Of a stretch of 37,230 bases of DNA, positions 8,364 through 17,031 are shown one piece after another (within the stretch, counting starts at the first letter, position 1; each line of letters starts with the position of its first letter). The stretch lies in the IMG/VR virus record IMGVR_UViG_3300025597_000002. One strand, 5' to 3'. This stretch comes from a virus. Below the pieces are notes generated by a model, which was not told the DNA's origin, searched no databases, and saw only the letters and a list, made by a program, of their open reading frames with translations. The position numbers were made by a program, and so were the translations under genes.

Positions 8364-9938
8364 CTAGCTCAAAAGACTGTCTGGAATGAGAGTGCTGCCG
8401 CTTGTCGGCAGCGGCCGGTCGACAAGCTCGGGCCAGCGGAGGAAGCGGGCCAGCGTCGTCTCCCAGACCCCGGCCAGGTTGTTGCTGATCGCAACCGTCC
8501 AGCGATCGTTGAAGAATGGTTTCCAGCCGGAGGCCGCGGCCAACCAGGGACCGCCGTTATAAAGCCGCGTCCCGTCCACCAACACCAGTTCGTCAATCCC
8601 CACCGCCTCACCATCGTTGATCGCCGTCGAGGCCTGGATGACGAAGGTCACTGGGCCACTGTAGTCAACCGGCAGGCGAAACGCACCGCTGACACCCGTA
8701 TGGGAGCTTGAGGAAACACTCGTTAGGTTCACGCTGATGCGGTTGACCGTCCCGGCCGAATCGCTCAAAGCCGATTCGTTTACGGAGCGGCGGAGCTCGA
8801 AGCGGATTTCGCCGGTGGCCGAAGACGATTTCCGCATCCGGGCAAAAAGGAAATAGGGCCGCGCTGGGGCGAGGTCGATCGACTGATAAAGGAGGCTTTG
8901 CTCCGTCCCGTTGCCCACCAGCTTGAGGCTCCGCCCGCGATAGGAAACTACGTCCCCAGGCTGCGTCGTGGTGACACTCACCTGGGGACTCGTCCCGCCC
9001 GTCAAGCGGTTAATCACACCCAGTTGGCTGATGTCGCCGGCGGTTCCCTCAAACGTCAGCGCCCAGGGATTCGTCCCGCTGACTGTCACGGCCTCCAGCC
9101 CCGGGATTGTGCGAAGGGCGGTTCGGATCTCCGCCGCTGTCGGATTGTAACCGATCTGGGCGGTTTGCCAGGTGCGACCTGAAGGATCCGTCCAAGTGAG
9201 GATGAAATATCCGCCGGTGGGGCCACCGGAGAGCGTTAGCTCCTGGACTTCGGGGCTGGTGACTCGGATCGTTTGGCCTGCCGTTCCGGTATGAATCGTC
9301 CAGCCTTGGGGTTGGTCCGTGGCGGCCAGAGATTCGAAACCGGCATTCTGCAAACGCGACTGGTCGACCGATTGAGGCAGGACGGTCAAATAGACTCCCG
9401 AGCCGCCCGGCCAGGTTCGGTCCGTGCGGACCTTGATCGGTTGTCCGATGACCGTCAGGCCCCGCTCGCCGGCCACCACCTGCCAGCTCTCAGGATAGCA
9501 CCAGGCCGCCTCACCGCGGGCATTCTTCAGATCGACCGCCAGGATGACGTCCCCTTGATTGCCAGAGGCCGGCGTGATCGTGGACCCTTGGGTGGAACTG
9601 GTGAAGTAGTAGCCACCCGCCGCCAAGTCCGAATGGACCTGCTGGAGGGCCTCGGCCTGGCTGCGGTAGGGCAGGCCCTGTTCCAGGATGTAGCGGCGGA
9701 TGAGCTTTTGCGCCACCGTGGCGATCTGGTTCTGCAAGCCCCCCCCCGCCGATTCCCAACTCGTCTCCGCCGAGAGGACCGGATCAGCCTCCGGACAGAG
9801 ATCGAGAACCTCCTGGAGGGCCGTCAACTTCGTCTGCACCGACCCGCCGCGGGCCGTGTCGATGCTGCGGGAGAGGGCAAAAAGCTTGCCCAACAAGTTG
9901 AAAAGACCGCTGTCATCAGCCGTTGTGTAGAGGTCCAT
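8364..9938 (-). CDS. Beta-rich structural protein (524 aa); first gene of the tail transcription unit, function unassigned
   Basis: ORF track. Thr/Ser/Gly-rich sequence with strand-like segments. Located upstream of the chaperone genes. Confidence 0.5.
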   Translation of the reverse strand: MDLYTTADDSGLFNLLGKLFALSRSIDTARGGSVQTKLTALQEVLDLCPEADPVLSAETSWESAGGGLQNQIATVAQKLIRRYILEQGLPYRSQAEALQQVHSDLAAGGYYFTSSTQGSTITPASGNQGDVILAVDLKNARGEAAWCYPESWQVVAGERGLTVIGQPIKVRTDRTWPGGSGVYLTVLPQSVDQSRLQNAGFESLAATDQPQGWTIHTGTAGQTIRVTSPEVQELTLSGGPTGGYFILTWTDPSGRTWQTAQIGYNPTAAEIRTALRTIPGLEAVTVSGTNPWALTFEGTAGDISQLGVINRLTGGTSPQVSVTTTQPGDVVSYRGRSLKLVGNGTEQSLLYQSIDLAPARPYFLFARMRKSSSATGEIRFELRRSVNESALSDSAGTVNRISVNLTSVSSSSHTGVSGAFRLPVDYSGPVTFVIQASTAINDGEAVGIDELVLVDGTRLYNGGPWLAAASGWKPFFNDRWTVAISNNLAGVWETTLARFLRWPELVDRPLPTSGSTLIPDSLLS

Positions 9939-10180
9939 ACCGCCGATTATAGCGGCGGCGGAAAAAACTTCTGGGACACGACGGGCGAGTCGGCTGGAAG
10001 ATGGTCAGACACGCTGCCCACTCGTTTGAGAGCACTCAGCAGGCAATCCCCCCCTTTTGGAAGAAGGTTCTTCGAGTAGCGTTTCGCACGTGTTCTTCGC
10101 GTCGACTCCCACCGAATGCCGATCATCCGGTGCAAGCCTCGGTTTGAACAGACCTTACTACTAGATTTCAAAAACAGTTG

Positions 10181-10208
10181 AAAATCGACACCCTTGCCTA
10201 CCTGTCGA
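10181..10208 (-). terminator. Weak intrinsic-terminator-like hairpin
   Basis: In minus sense: TCGACA, 12 nt, TGTCGA, then TTTT. It lies 67 nt downstream of the stop at 10275. The stem is only 6 bp. Confidence 0.3.
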
Positions 10209-10274
10209 ATTTTGTCGGCCCCATTTCGGGGGATGAGTCACAATCAAACCGCCCTCGGTCACCCGCCGCCGGGT

Positions 10275-10757
10275 TCAACGTTCTCCCTCCCCAGACGCCT
10301 CGTCCTCCTCATCCTCTTCCACCTCGTCCAGCCCACCCAGCGGGATGAAAAGCGAGGCTCCCGTGATCCCTTCCCAGACATCGTCCGTTAAGAGTTTTCC
10401 CTCCTCAGCCGCTTTCCGGTTGTACTCCTCGACAAACCGTTGAATCTCCTCGATCGGCCGATCGTCCGCCTCCGCCGCCTTGGCAATCTCCCACAACCGC
10501 GTGATCATCGGACTGTCCGGGTCGGGACTCCAGTCAGGAACGTCCGGTTCCCCACGCATCATCCGCTCATGCCCACGAATGGCTATCTCATACACCGAAC
10601 GCACAACATCCGCTGGCTCCGTGCGCAGGAATTCCCGATCCTCTTCATCCAACTGGTCGTACTCCTCCAAATCCTCAGGAGCCAGCTCCCGAAGCACGGC
10701 AATAACTTCTGGCGACAACTCCTCTTCGTATTTTGGACGCTTCTTTTCGCTCACCAT
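10275..10757 (-). CDS. Acidic hypothetical protein (160 aa)
   Basis: ORF track. Coherent Glu/Asp-rich sequence. No family recognised. Confidence 0.5.
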   Translation of the reverse strand: MVSEKKRPKYEEELSPEVIAVLRELAPEDLEEYDQLDEEDREFLRTEPADVVRSVYEIAIRGHERMMRGEPDVPDWSPDPDSPMITRLWEIAKAAEADDRPIEEIQRFVEEYNRKAAEEGKLLTDDVWEGITGASLFIPLGGLDEVEEDEEDEASGEGER

Positions 10758-11187
10758 CTTACTTGCCTCGGAGCTGCCTGCGTGCCAAGTTAATCCGCTT
10801 CCGATAAATCTTCGCCGACCGTTTCCGCCACTCCCGATCCGTCATCCCCTCCTGCGGTTCCGCCCCGATAAACCGCAAGCGACCCGGTTCCAGCTTGAAG
10901 GACTTCGGACGCAAAGCTTCATGGCATCCCCCAGGCTGGCCCGCTCGACGCCCGCCTCGGCCAGGGCCCGCTTCAAGACCCCCTTCAACCGCAAGTGTCG
11001 TGGTGAACGGAACCGACGCTCGGCGGCCTCCGCTTGGTCCCTCAGAGTCTGTTTCGGAATATCCTTCACACTGGGAGACAAAAACAGACTGGCCGCCCCG
11101 CTCACCCGCTGGAGGGCCTTGGCCCCGGCCGGCGGTTCGCTATCCACCCGCACCCAACGGCCTTCCACCTTCTGATAAATCCCCCCG

Positions 11188-11541
11188 GTGAGTTCGGACC
11201 GCACGGTGGTCAGACCGGGACGGGCCCGGATCTGTTCCCGCACGTCCTCGGGCAGGCTAATGGAAGAGGCTCCCTGGGCCACCATCAGCGGCGGTCGGCC
11301 ACTGACACCGCAGAAACTATCGCGAATGTTGCGCAAATTCGGCGTCAGGTCACGAAAAGGGAGAACCAATAACATGTACGTGCGCGAAGATTTGGTGGAC
11401 AAATGGGAGCGGTATTGTCCCCAATATGGGGGACAAAGTGGGCCGGTTGATAACACGGAAACAAAAAAATCTCCCTACCTCCCGAATCAAACCTCCACAC
11501 CTCCACAAGTTGACGTAAGTGTAAATGTGAAGAAGATTTAG
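11188..11541 (+). CDS. Orphan winged-helix-like ORF resembling the C-terminal end of DUF3631 (P4-type primase C-terminal region). The true start may be the ATG at 11260.
   Basis: The motif string EEAPWATISGGRPLTPQKLSRMLRKFGVRSRKGR..YVREDLVDKWERY matches my recollection of DUF3631 C-termini. It is preceded by in-frame TGA TAA at 11173-11178. It competes with the antisense ORF 10842..11456. Confidence 0.35.
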   Translation: MSSDRTVVRPGRARICSRTSSGRLMEEAPWATISGGRPLTPQKLSRMLRKFGVRSRKGRTNNMYVREDLVDKWERYCPQYGGQSGPVDNTETKKSPYLPNQTSTPPQVDVSVNVKKI

Positions 11542-11648
11542 GGCGTGGAGGTTTGTTTCGGTGATAGGTCCTGGTTGTATGAAACCTCCACGCCGCAAGT
11601 GTATATAGAATAAGCACTTGCGACAAGGTGTGGAGGCGTGGAGGTTTG
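11488..11648. repeat. Nested inverted repeats built from six copies of AAACCTCCAC / GTGGAGGTTT, plus an internal 8-bp-stem palindrome
   Basis: Forward double motif at 11488-11509. Reverse single copy at 11543-11555. Forward single copy at 11581-11593. CGCAAGTG, 13 nt, CACTTGCG at 11594-11622. Reverse double motif at 11627-11648. Confidence 0.85.
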
Positions 11649-11680
11649 AAACCGGTATTGGAGGGAAAAAATGATTTCTC

Positions 11681-13162
11681 CTAGGTCTCATTCGGTACCG
11701 CCTCGAAGGAAGGAGGCGGCCCGGTTGGCCCGCCCATCTCCTGGCCGGGGAGGGGCGACTGCCGATAGGCCGGATTCTGGAGGAATTCCTCCTCATCGGA
11801 CGGCGGCGAGAGGTTCAAGAGATCCCGCAGCTCCGCCGCCTTGATCTTGAGGCCCATATCGAAGGCCACGCGGAGGCCCTCCAGGCGTTCCCTCGTGTCA
11901 TCCTTTTCCAGTTCGATCACCAGGCGGAAGGCGGTCGGGTCGAGATGCGGCCAGTTCCAGACCACCAGCCGCCGCACGAGCTGTTCGCTGAGTGTCTCCT
12001 GGAGATTGATCGCGTCGTAGCCGACGATCTGGAGGAAGGTGTCCAGGTGGATCGAGGCCAAATTCGAGCCCAGCCCGGTGGCATGGGCCTCGGTGGTCAA
12101 AGTTTGCCCCAAGATATACCGCTTGATTTGGTGCCCGAAGAAGTCCGTCAAGATTTCTTTGAGGACCTGGGCCCCGGCCATCGAGGGTTCGATCCGCTCC
12201 ACACCGAAGGCCGCCCCTTCCACCCCCGGCGGACGCGGAATCAAGAGGATGTTTTTCCCCGGGCCGACCCGCTCGGTGGCGGCCTGTTTCATCTCCTCCC
12301 GGCCCTGCGGGTTGCCGGACGGATAGTACCAGAGCTCGATCCCGAAGGCCGACCGCTCCAGGAATTCCATTAGCCAGGCCAGGGCCTCCTGCCGCTGGTA
12401 CCAGGTCCAGTAAATCCGGTCGCGGATCCCGACGCCGAAGATCTTGGCGGCATTGCGGGGCTCTTCATACTCTCCGTCCTCGATGTAATGGCGATGGACA
12501 ACGAGGAGCTCTTTCGTTCCCGGCGGCGGAAAATACGCCCACCCATAATCGGTACTTTCAATAAAGCGGCGATGCTCCTCCCGCCAGCGGTTGAGGGGGG
12601 CACTCAGTCCCGTTCCACCGCCCACCCGCAGGCCGATCCCATCGAGGACCGACGAGGCGTCGGCATCGATCTTCCAGACCAATTTGTCGCCGTGGATGGG
12701 CATCCACGAATTGACCACGACGAGCTTTTTCCCATCGATCCAGTCCCAGGCATAGCGATTGGCCACGGCATAGCGGCCAAACCAGATGGCGTGGAGGAGA
12801 TTTTCCCGGTACTGCATGAAGCGGGGGATCCGCCGACAGATCGTTTCCAGCAGGTCGCGGGCCTGGGTGTACTCCGGGTCTTGATCCCGCTGGCACTCGA
12901 TCCGCCAATCGAGGAGGGCGACGGCCCGCTGGCGGAGCTCGACGCACTCCATGATCGAGGCGTCCGCCCGCATCAAGACGGCATGCTGGCGGGCCCGACG
13001 GAGGGCCTGATCGGAGGGCCAATAGACGCGGGCCGCCCCGCCGCCGAAGAGACTGATGAAACCGGCCCCATGCGGGACCAAAGGCTGCCCCATCCCCGGG
13101 GGCATCCCCGGGAGTTCATGGACCCCCTGCGTATCGACCAGATAGAGCGTATCCCCAGGCAT
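11681..13162 (-). CDS. Portal protein, DUF935 / Mu gp29-like (493 aa)
   Basis: Motif pattern LRQRAVALLDWRIE...LLHAIWFGRYAV and ILGQTLTTEAHATGLGSNLASIHLDTF, as in Mu-type portals. The start is 6 nt after the upstream stop. Confidence 0.7.
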   Translation of the reverse strand: MPGDTLYLVDTQGVHELPGMPPGMGQPLVPHGAGFISLFGGGAARVYWPSDQALRRARQHAVLMRADASIMECVELRQRAVALLDWRIECQRDQDPEYTQARDLLETICRRIPRFMQYRENLLHAIWFGRYAVANRYAWDWIDGKKLVVVNSWMPIHGDKLVWKIDADASSVLDGIGLRVGGGTGLSAPLNRWREEHRRFIESTDYGWAYFPPPGTKELLVVHRHYIEDGEYEEPRNAAKIFGVGIRDRIYWTWYQRQEALAWLMEFLERSAFGIELWYYPSGNPQGREEMKQAATERVGPGKNILLIPRPPGVEGAAFGVERIEPSMAGAQVLKEILTDFFGHQIKRYILGQTLTTEAHATGLGSNLASIHLDTFLQIVGYDAINLQETLSEQLVRRLVVWNWPHLDPTAFRLVIELEKDDTRERLEGLRVAFDMGLKIKAAELRDLLNLSPPSDEEEFLQNPAYRQSPLPGQEMGGPTGPPPSFEAVPNET

Positions 13163-13168
13163 GCGAGA

Positions 13169-13672
13169 TCATGGTCCATTATAGGGTTTGTAGATGTACC
13201 CATTCGCGTCAGGATAACATTCAAACGCCATAAGTAGCCGGCTGGCCCGGGAGCCCTTATTGATCTCGAATTGGCCGCGGACAATCGCCACGGGCAGGTC
13301 CCAGCTCCCCACCGCCGCTTTGAGGACCAGACGGAAGGCCTTCGTCCCGCCGATCATAACGATCCCGGCGTCGTATTGTTTGCCGGGTTCAGGGGTCGTG
13401 ACACCCAGCCGGGCGGCCAACTGATCGGCCACCGCGGCGTCCCATTTGACCAGTTCCAGCGTGACGCGGACCCGCTTGCCATGGTAAACAAGTTCGACCG
13501 GCGGGCCGGCCTCACCACCCCGCTCATCGCTGTGGACCTCTTCAAAAAAGTCCTCTTCCTGGATCCGCACGCCATTGGCCGTGTAGCCGAGGGCCGCTAA
13601 ATTATTGTCCGCACAGCCCTGCGGCCCGACCTTGACCAGGACCGCCCCGGATACTTGAATACTCACCGCCAT
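13169..13672 (-). CDS. Tail-tube-like protein (167 aa)
   Basis: Size and a beta-rich pattern (LGYTANGVRIQEEDFFEEVHSDERGG...VELVYHGKRVRVTLEL) resemble small tube proteins. GGAG SD upstream. Confidence 0.4.
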   Translation of the reverse strand: MAVSIQVSGAVLVKVGPQGCADNNLAALGYTANGVRIQEEDFFEEVHSDERGGEAGPPVELVYHGKRVRVTLELVKWDAAVADQLAARLGVTTPEPGKQYDAGIVMIGGTKAFRLVLKAAVGSWDLPVAIVRGQFEINKGSRASRLLMAFECYPDANGYIYKPYNGP

Positions 13673-13693
13673 GGTGATGTCTCCTCTTCTCTC

Positions 13694-14191
13694 TCACAGT
13701 CGCGGCCAGCGTTCGCCGCGATGGGGATAATAGCCTTCGCAGCGATCGACCAGGAGATTGAGTCGCTGCATCTCCACGAGGAGGGGCCCATCGGCCTTGG
13801 GTAATCCCGCTTCCTGGGCCGCCGCCGTGGCGAAGATCCGCTCGCCGCTGGCCAGTTCCTTGAGTTTTTCGCGGACATCGTCGCGGAGGGCCCGCCAGCT
13901 CTCTTCGCCAATCGTCGTCACCCTGGCGGCCGCCAGCCGCAAGAGTGCCAATCCGCAAACGAGGTCCTTCAAATAGGCCTGATCGTCTTCCCCGAGCGAT
14001 TGCAATTCTTCGAGGGAATAGCGTTTTCCCTGCAAAATGGCACTGCGGACCTCACCGCTGGCCCCCTGGAGGGCGGCCGCAATCCGCGGATTGGTGGCCA
14101 GATTGGTTTCCGCGGTGCCGTCATCGCGGGCCAGATCGGCCAGGAGGGCGCGGTCGTAACGGTCAATTAAATCCTGGACCGTGGCCAGCAT
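13694..14191 (-). CDS. Head-tail adaptor, DUF1320 / Mu gp36-like (165 aa)
   Basis: N-terminus MLATVQDLIDRYDRALLADLARDD and its position directly after the capsid gene. Confidence 0.55.
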   Translation of the reverse strand: MLATVQDLIDRYDRALLADLARDDGTAETNLATNPRIAAALQGASGEVRSAILQGKRYSLEELQSLGEDDQAYLKDLVCGLALLRLAAARVTTIGEESWRALRDDVREKLKELASGERIFATAAAQEAGLPKADGPLLVEMQRLNLLVDRCEGYYPHRGERWPRL

Positions 14192-14204
14192 CGGCGGCCC
14201 TCCC

Positions 14205-15236
14205 TCAGGTGATGTTGGTGATCAGGACGGCCGCCGCGGGGGCCACCAGCTGCACGTCGTAATCCTCGACGACACGGCCGATCGTCCGCCGGTTGTCCGG
14301 ATCGTCCTTCTGCTCGACCGTCATCTCCTCGAACATGAAGAGGCAGCAGGCCGCAAAATTGATCACGTTGGCGGCCCCTTCCATCCCACCCGGTCGAGCC
14401 AAAAGCACAGCCTGGTTGTCTGGCCAGATCGGCGACACTGTGCGGGTCGAGGCCCCCTTCTTGGTCGTCACCTTGCGGGTCTCGTCCACCACGACCTTAA
14501 AGCCGTAGAGGCTCTCCGGGACACCGTAAGAGACGTTCGTCTGTTGCGTCATCCCGCGGAGATAGTCGAACCCGGCCTGGTATTTGACCAGTTCCGTGAG
14601 TTCCGGAGCGGCCGCGATCTTGCGGGCCAGACCCGTTCCGATGACGAGGACAAGGTCGTCTTTCGTCACCATCCCCAGCGTATCATCGAGGATCTTTTCC
14701 GCCGCCCCCATCAGGGTCTTGTAGATGTACATGTTGGTCTGCGTACTCGAGCTCCAGGCCCCGTAGCCCGAGGTGGCGTTGATCACGTGGCTGCTGTCAT
14801 ACCGCGTGCTATCGAGGAGGACATTGGCCGCCAATTGCGTGCGGAGCGTCATCGCCTGCTGGGCCTTGGCCGCGGCATGCCGGGCCACGATCTCCCAGGA
14901 GGCCTGCTGGACCGCCTTCCAACCCAGCGTGAACCCGAAATAGTAGCGGGTCGTGCGGTAGGGCCGGAATTCAAACTCCTGGCTCCCGTCGTACCGCCGC
15001 GGGGCATCGGCCGCATCGTACCAGACGAAATCCCGGGCATCCGTGTTCAGAATGCGGCCGGCCTCATCCGGATTGAGGTAGAGGTAGTAACCGGTATCCC
15101 TTTCCACGGGAATGACCTGGGTGTACTGGGCGACCTTGAATTTTTTCGGGTCGCGGGCGAAATCGACGACGAGTTTGTCCTTGGCCAGGGCCACTGGGAC
15201 AAACGTGTTCGAACTGGCAGGCATGACTTGCGGCAT
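14205..15236 (-). CDS. Major capsid protein (343 aa; lambda gpE-like family by recollection)
   Basis: Position after scaffold and decoration genes, size, and a strong SD (AAGGAGGA, 7 nt upstream). Confidence 0.7.
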   Translation of the reverse strand: MPQVMPASSNTFVPVALAKDKLVVDFARDPKKFKVAQYTQVIPVERDTGYYLYLNPDEAGRILNTDARDFVWYDAADAPRRYDGSQEFEFRPYRTTRYYFGFTLGWKAVQQASWEIVARHAAAKAQQAMTLRTQLAANVLLDSTRYDSSHVINATSGYGAWSSSTQTNMYIYKTLMGAAEKILDDTLGMVTKDDLVLVIGTGLARKIAAAPELTELVKYQAGFDYLRGMTQQTNVSYGVPESLYGFKVVVDETRKVTTKKGASTRTVSPIWPDNQAVLLARPGGMEGAANVINFAACCLFMFEEMTVEQKDDPDNRRTIGRVVEDYDVQLVAPAAAVLITNIT

Positions 15237-15269
15237 GGGATATCCTCCTTCGGTTTATGGTTGCTCGAA

Positions 15270-15683
15270 TCAGGACAGGGCCGGTCGGACCTTGTTCAGC
15301 GGAACCACCAAGCAGAGGATCTTTTCTCCGGTCGCTCCACCTTCTAAGGCCACCGCCCCGTAGTTCTGGATCGTGGTTCCGCTCGTGGCGATGGCCACGG
15401 CCCGGCCCTGGGAATCGCTCTTGAGGAGATTCCCGGCCGTGATTGTCCCGCCGGCCTCCACCAGGCAGACCTCCCCAGCGCTGTAGACCTCCAGCGACTG
15501 GCCCGTCTCCGCGGCGTAAACCGTGCTGACCATGTCTTGCAAGGGGGCCTTATTGGAACCCTCCTGGGCCACGCCGATGATCTCGCCGTTGTCCCCGGCC
15601 TGGGCCACGGTCTTGGCCCCGGAGAGCGTCACGAACCGCGACGGGCTGATATTGGCACTCGCCTTGAAACTGAGAATGGCCAT
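15270..15683 (-). CDS. Head decoration/cement protein, DUF2190-like (137 aa)
   Basis: Gly/Ala/Val-rich beta pattern (IIGVAQEG...EVCLVEAGGTITAGNLLKSDSQGRAV). Lies immediately upstream of the capsid gene. SD AAGGAGA. Confidence 0.55.
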   Translation of the reverse strand: MAILSFKASANISPSRFVTLSGAKTVAQAGDNGEIIGVAQEGSNKAPLQDMVSTVYAAETGQSLEVYSAGEVCLVEAGGTITAGNLLKSDSQGRAVAIATSGTTIQNYGAVALEGGATGEKILCLVVPLNKVRPALS

Positions 15684-15699
15684 TTTTTGTCTCCTTCAA

Positions 15700-16407
15700 T
15701 CACATCTTGCCGCTACGAACGGCCTCCAGAATCTCCTCGAAACTCACGTTCTCACCCTGTTCCTTCTTCCGCTTGGCGATCGCCACGGCCCGCTGCCGGA
15801 TGTCCTCACTGTATTTCTCGCGGGCCTCATCCAGCTCGACCGCCGCTCCCAACGCCGGCAACCGCTCCCCGACCGGGATCCGGCGGTAGTTTTCACGGAT
15901 GATCTGGAGGTGGTCCTGGAACTGCTCATCCCCCATCTTCGAGTAGCGGCAGCGTTCCACTTCCTTGTCCAGATCGAAGGCGTAGATCTGACGCAGTTGC
16001 ACCAGTTGCGAGTAGCGTTCGGCGTTGACGCGGGCCGCCCGCTCGGCCTTCACATCCTGCTTCAGCCGCTCCAATTCCGTCCGCTGCCGCTCCAGGTGCT
16101 GCTCAAGGAGGTGATAGCGCTCCCGTAGGGCCTGATCCTGGTCCTTTTCCCGCGAGGCCGCCGCGGCGAACATCTTCCGCTGGTCTTCGGTGAGAGGTTT
16201 GCCGTGCACTTCTCCGTCCTCCAAAATCTGTTTGGCCTTCTCCGGATCAATCTTGTCCGAAGGTTGCTGCTGGAGTTTTTCGGTCGGCTCTTGACCCGCC
16301 TGATTCGAGGCGGCCTGCTCCTCGGCCATCTTCCGCTTGCTCCACTGGACCCAGTCCAGTTGCTCGAGGGCCTGAATGATTTCCTGAACGAGTTCTTCGT
16401 TGGCCAT
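15700..16407 (-). CDS. Nested in-frame scaffold product (235 aa) from an internal start
   Basis: Internal ATG at 16407-16405, in frame, preceded by AAGAAGGAGAG 8 nt upstream. It starts exactly at the coiled-coil half (MANEELVQEII...). Confidence 0.4.
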   Translation of the reverse strand: MANEELVQEIIQALEQLDWVQWSKRKMAEEQAASNQAGQEPTEKLQQQPSDKIDPEKAKQILEDGEVHGKPLTEDQRKMFAAAASREKDQDQALRERYHLLEQHLERQRTELERLKQDVKAERAARVNAERYSQLVQLRQIYAFDLDKEVERCRYSKMGDEQFQDHLQIIRENYRRIPVGERLPALGAAVELDEAREKYSEDIRQRAVAIAKRKKEQGENVSFEEILEAVRSGKM

Positions 16408-16986
16408 CGTGTATCTCTCCTTCTTGTGCGTGGTCGAAGGGACGTATGTGTTGCTCGCGGCCGGCAGGACCGCGGCGTAGCGCTCCACCAGGGTCGAGCC
16501 ATCCCGCTCCTGATAAAGCAGGGTCAGGCCCATATCGAGCCGCGGCGGTTCCGCCCCCAAGAGGGCGATCGGATCGAGGTGCGTCTGCCGCAGGTCCTCC
16601 ACGAGGCGGAACTCCGGGCTCCGCCGGGGATATTTCTTGAGGATGTCCTGGTATTCCTTGAAGATGTGGAAGTCGGCCAAAATCGCCGGTTTGCCAGCAA
16701 ATTCGCCCAAACGGAACGGTCCGGCAAATCCCACGACCTCCGGCGGCGGCCGGTCGTCTCCCGGAGGCGGCGTGTGCCCGAGCGTGATCACGGCATAATC
16801 GCCGGTTTCCTCGATCCGCCGGTTGCAGTTGGCCACGATCGCCGCCAGATCCTCCGGTCCGAAGGTCACCGTCCGCCCGTCGGAAAGGGTGGCCTGATGG
16901 GCCACAAACACCGGCACGTCGCGGACGTTGAGAAACTCCTCCTCGGGAAAACTCTTCGGTTGGGCAATCTCCAGAAAACTCACCAT
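15700..16986 (-). CDS. Prohead protease/scaffold-type protein (428 aa)
   Basis: The N-terminal half is globular and the C-terminal half is a charged coiled coil (ERQRTELERLKQDVKAERAARV). Lies upstream of the decoration and capsid genes. Confidence 0.5.
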   Translation of the reverse strand: MVSFLEIAQPKSFPEEEFLNVRDVPVFVAHQATLSDGRTVTFGPEDLAAIVANCNRRIEETGDYAVITLGHTPPPGDDRPPPEVVGFAGPFRLGEFAGKPAILADFHIFKEYQDILKKYPRRSPEFRLVEDLRQTHLDPIALLGAEPPRLDMGLTLLYQERDGSTLVERYAAVLPAASNTYVPSTTHKKERYTMANEELVQEIIQALEQLDWVQWSKRKMAEEQAASNQAGQEPTEKLQQQPSDKIDPEKAKQILEDGEVHGKPLTEDQRKMFAAAASREKDQDQALRERYHLLEQHLERQRTELERLKQDVKAERAARVNAERYSQLVQLRQIYAFDLDKEVERCRYSKMGDEQFQDHLQIIRENYRRIPVGERLPALGAAVELDEAREKYSEDIRQRAVAIAKRKKEQGENVSFEEILEAVRSGKM

Positions 16987-17031
16987 AACCCGAATATAAT
17001 CGCCACCTCTGGCAAAACCGGGACAGAGGGA

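Noticed and set aside
9939-9961. Hairpin CCGCCG, 7 nt, CGGCGG containing TATAAT (minus sense) 9 nt upstream of the 524-aa gene start, as a promoter for a leaderless transcript
   Set aside because: There is no acceptable -35 element at 17-bp spacing. It is a single hexamer match in a GC-rich context, which is too weak to call.
10842-11456. 204-aa minus-strand ORF as a real gene
   Set aside because: This is unresolved rather than disproved. It shares third-codon positions with the plus-strand DUF3631-like ORF, so GC3 cannot discriminate between them. It has no motif I recognise. I favoured the plus-strand ORF, with low confidence.
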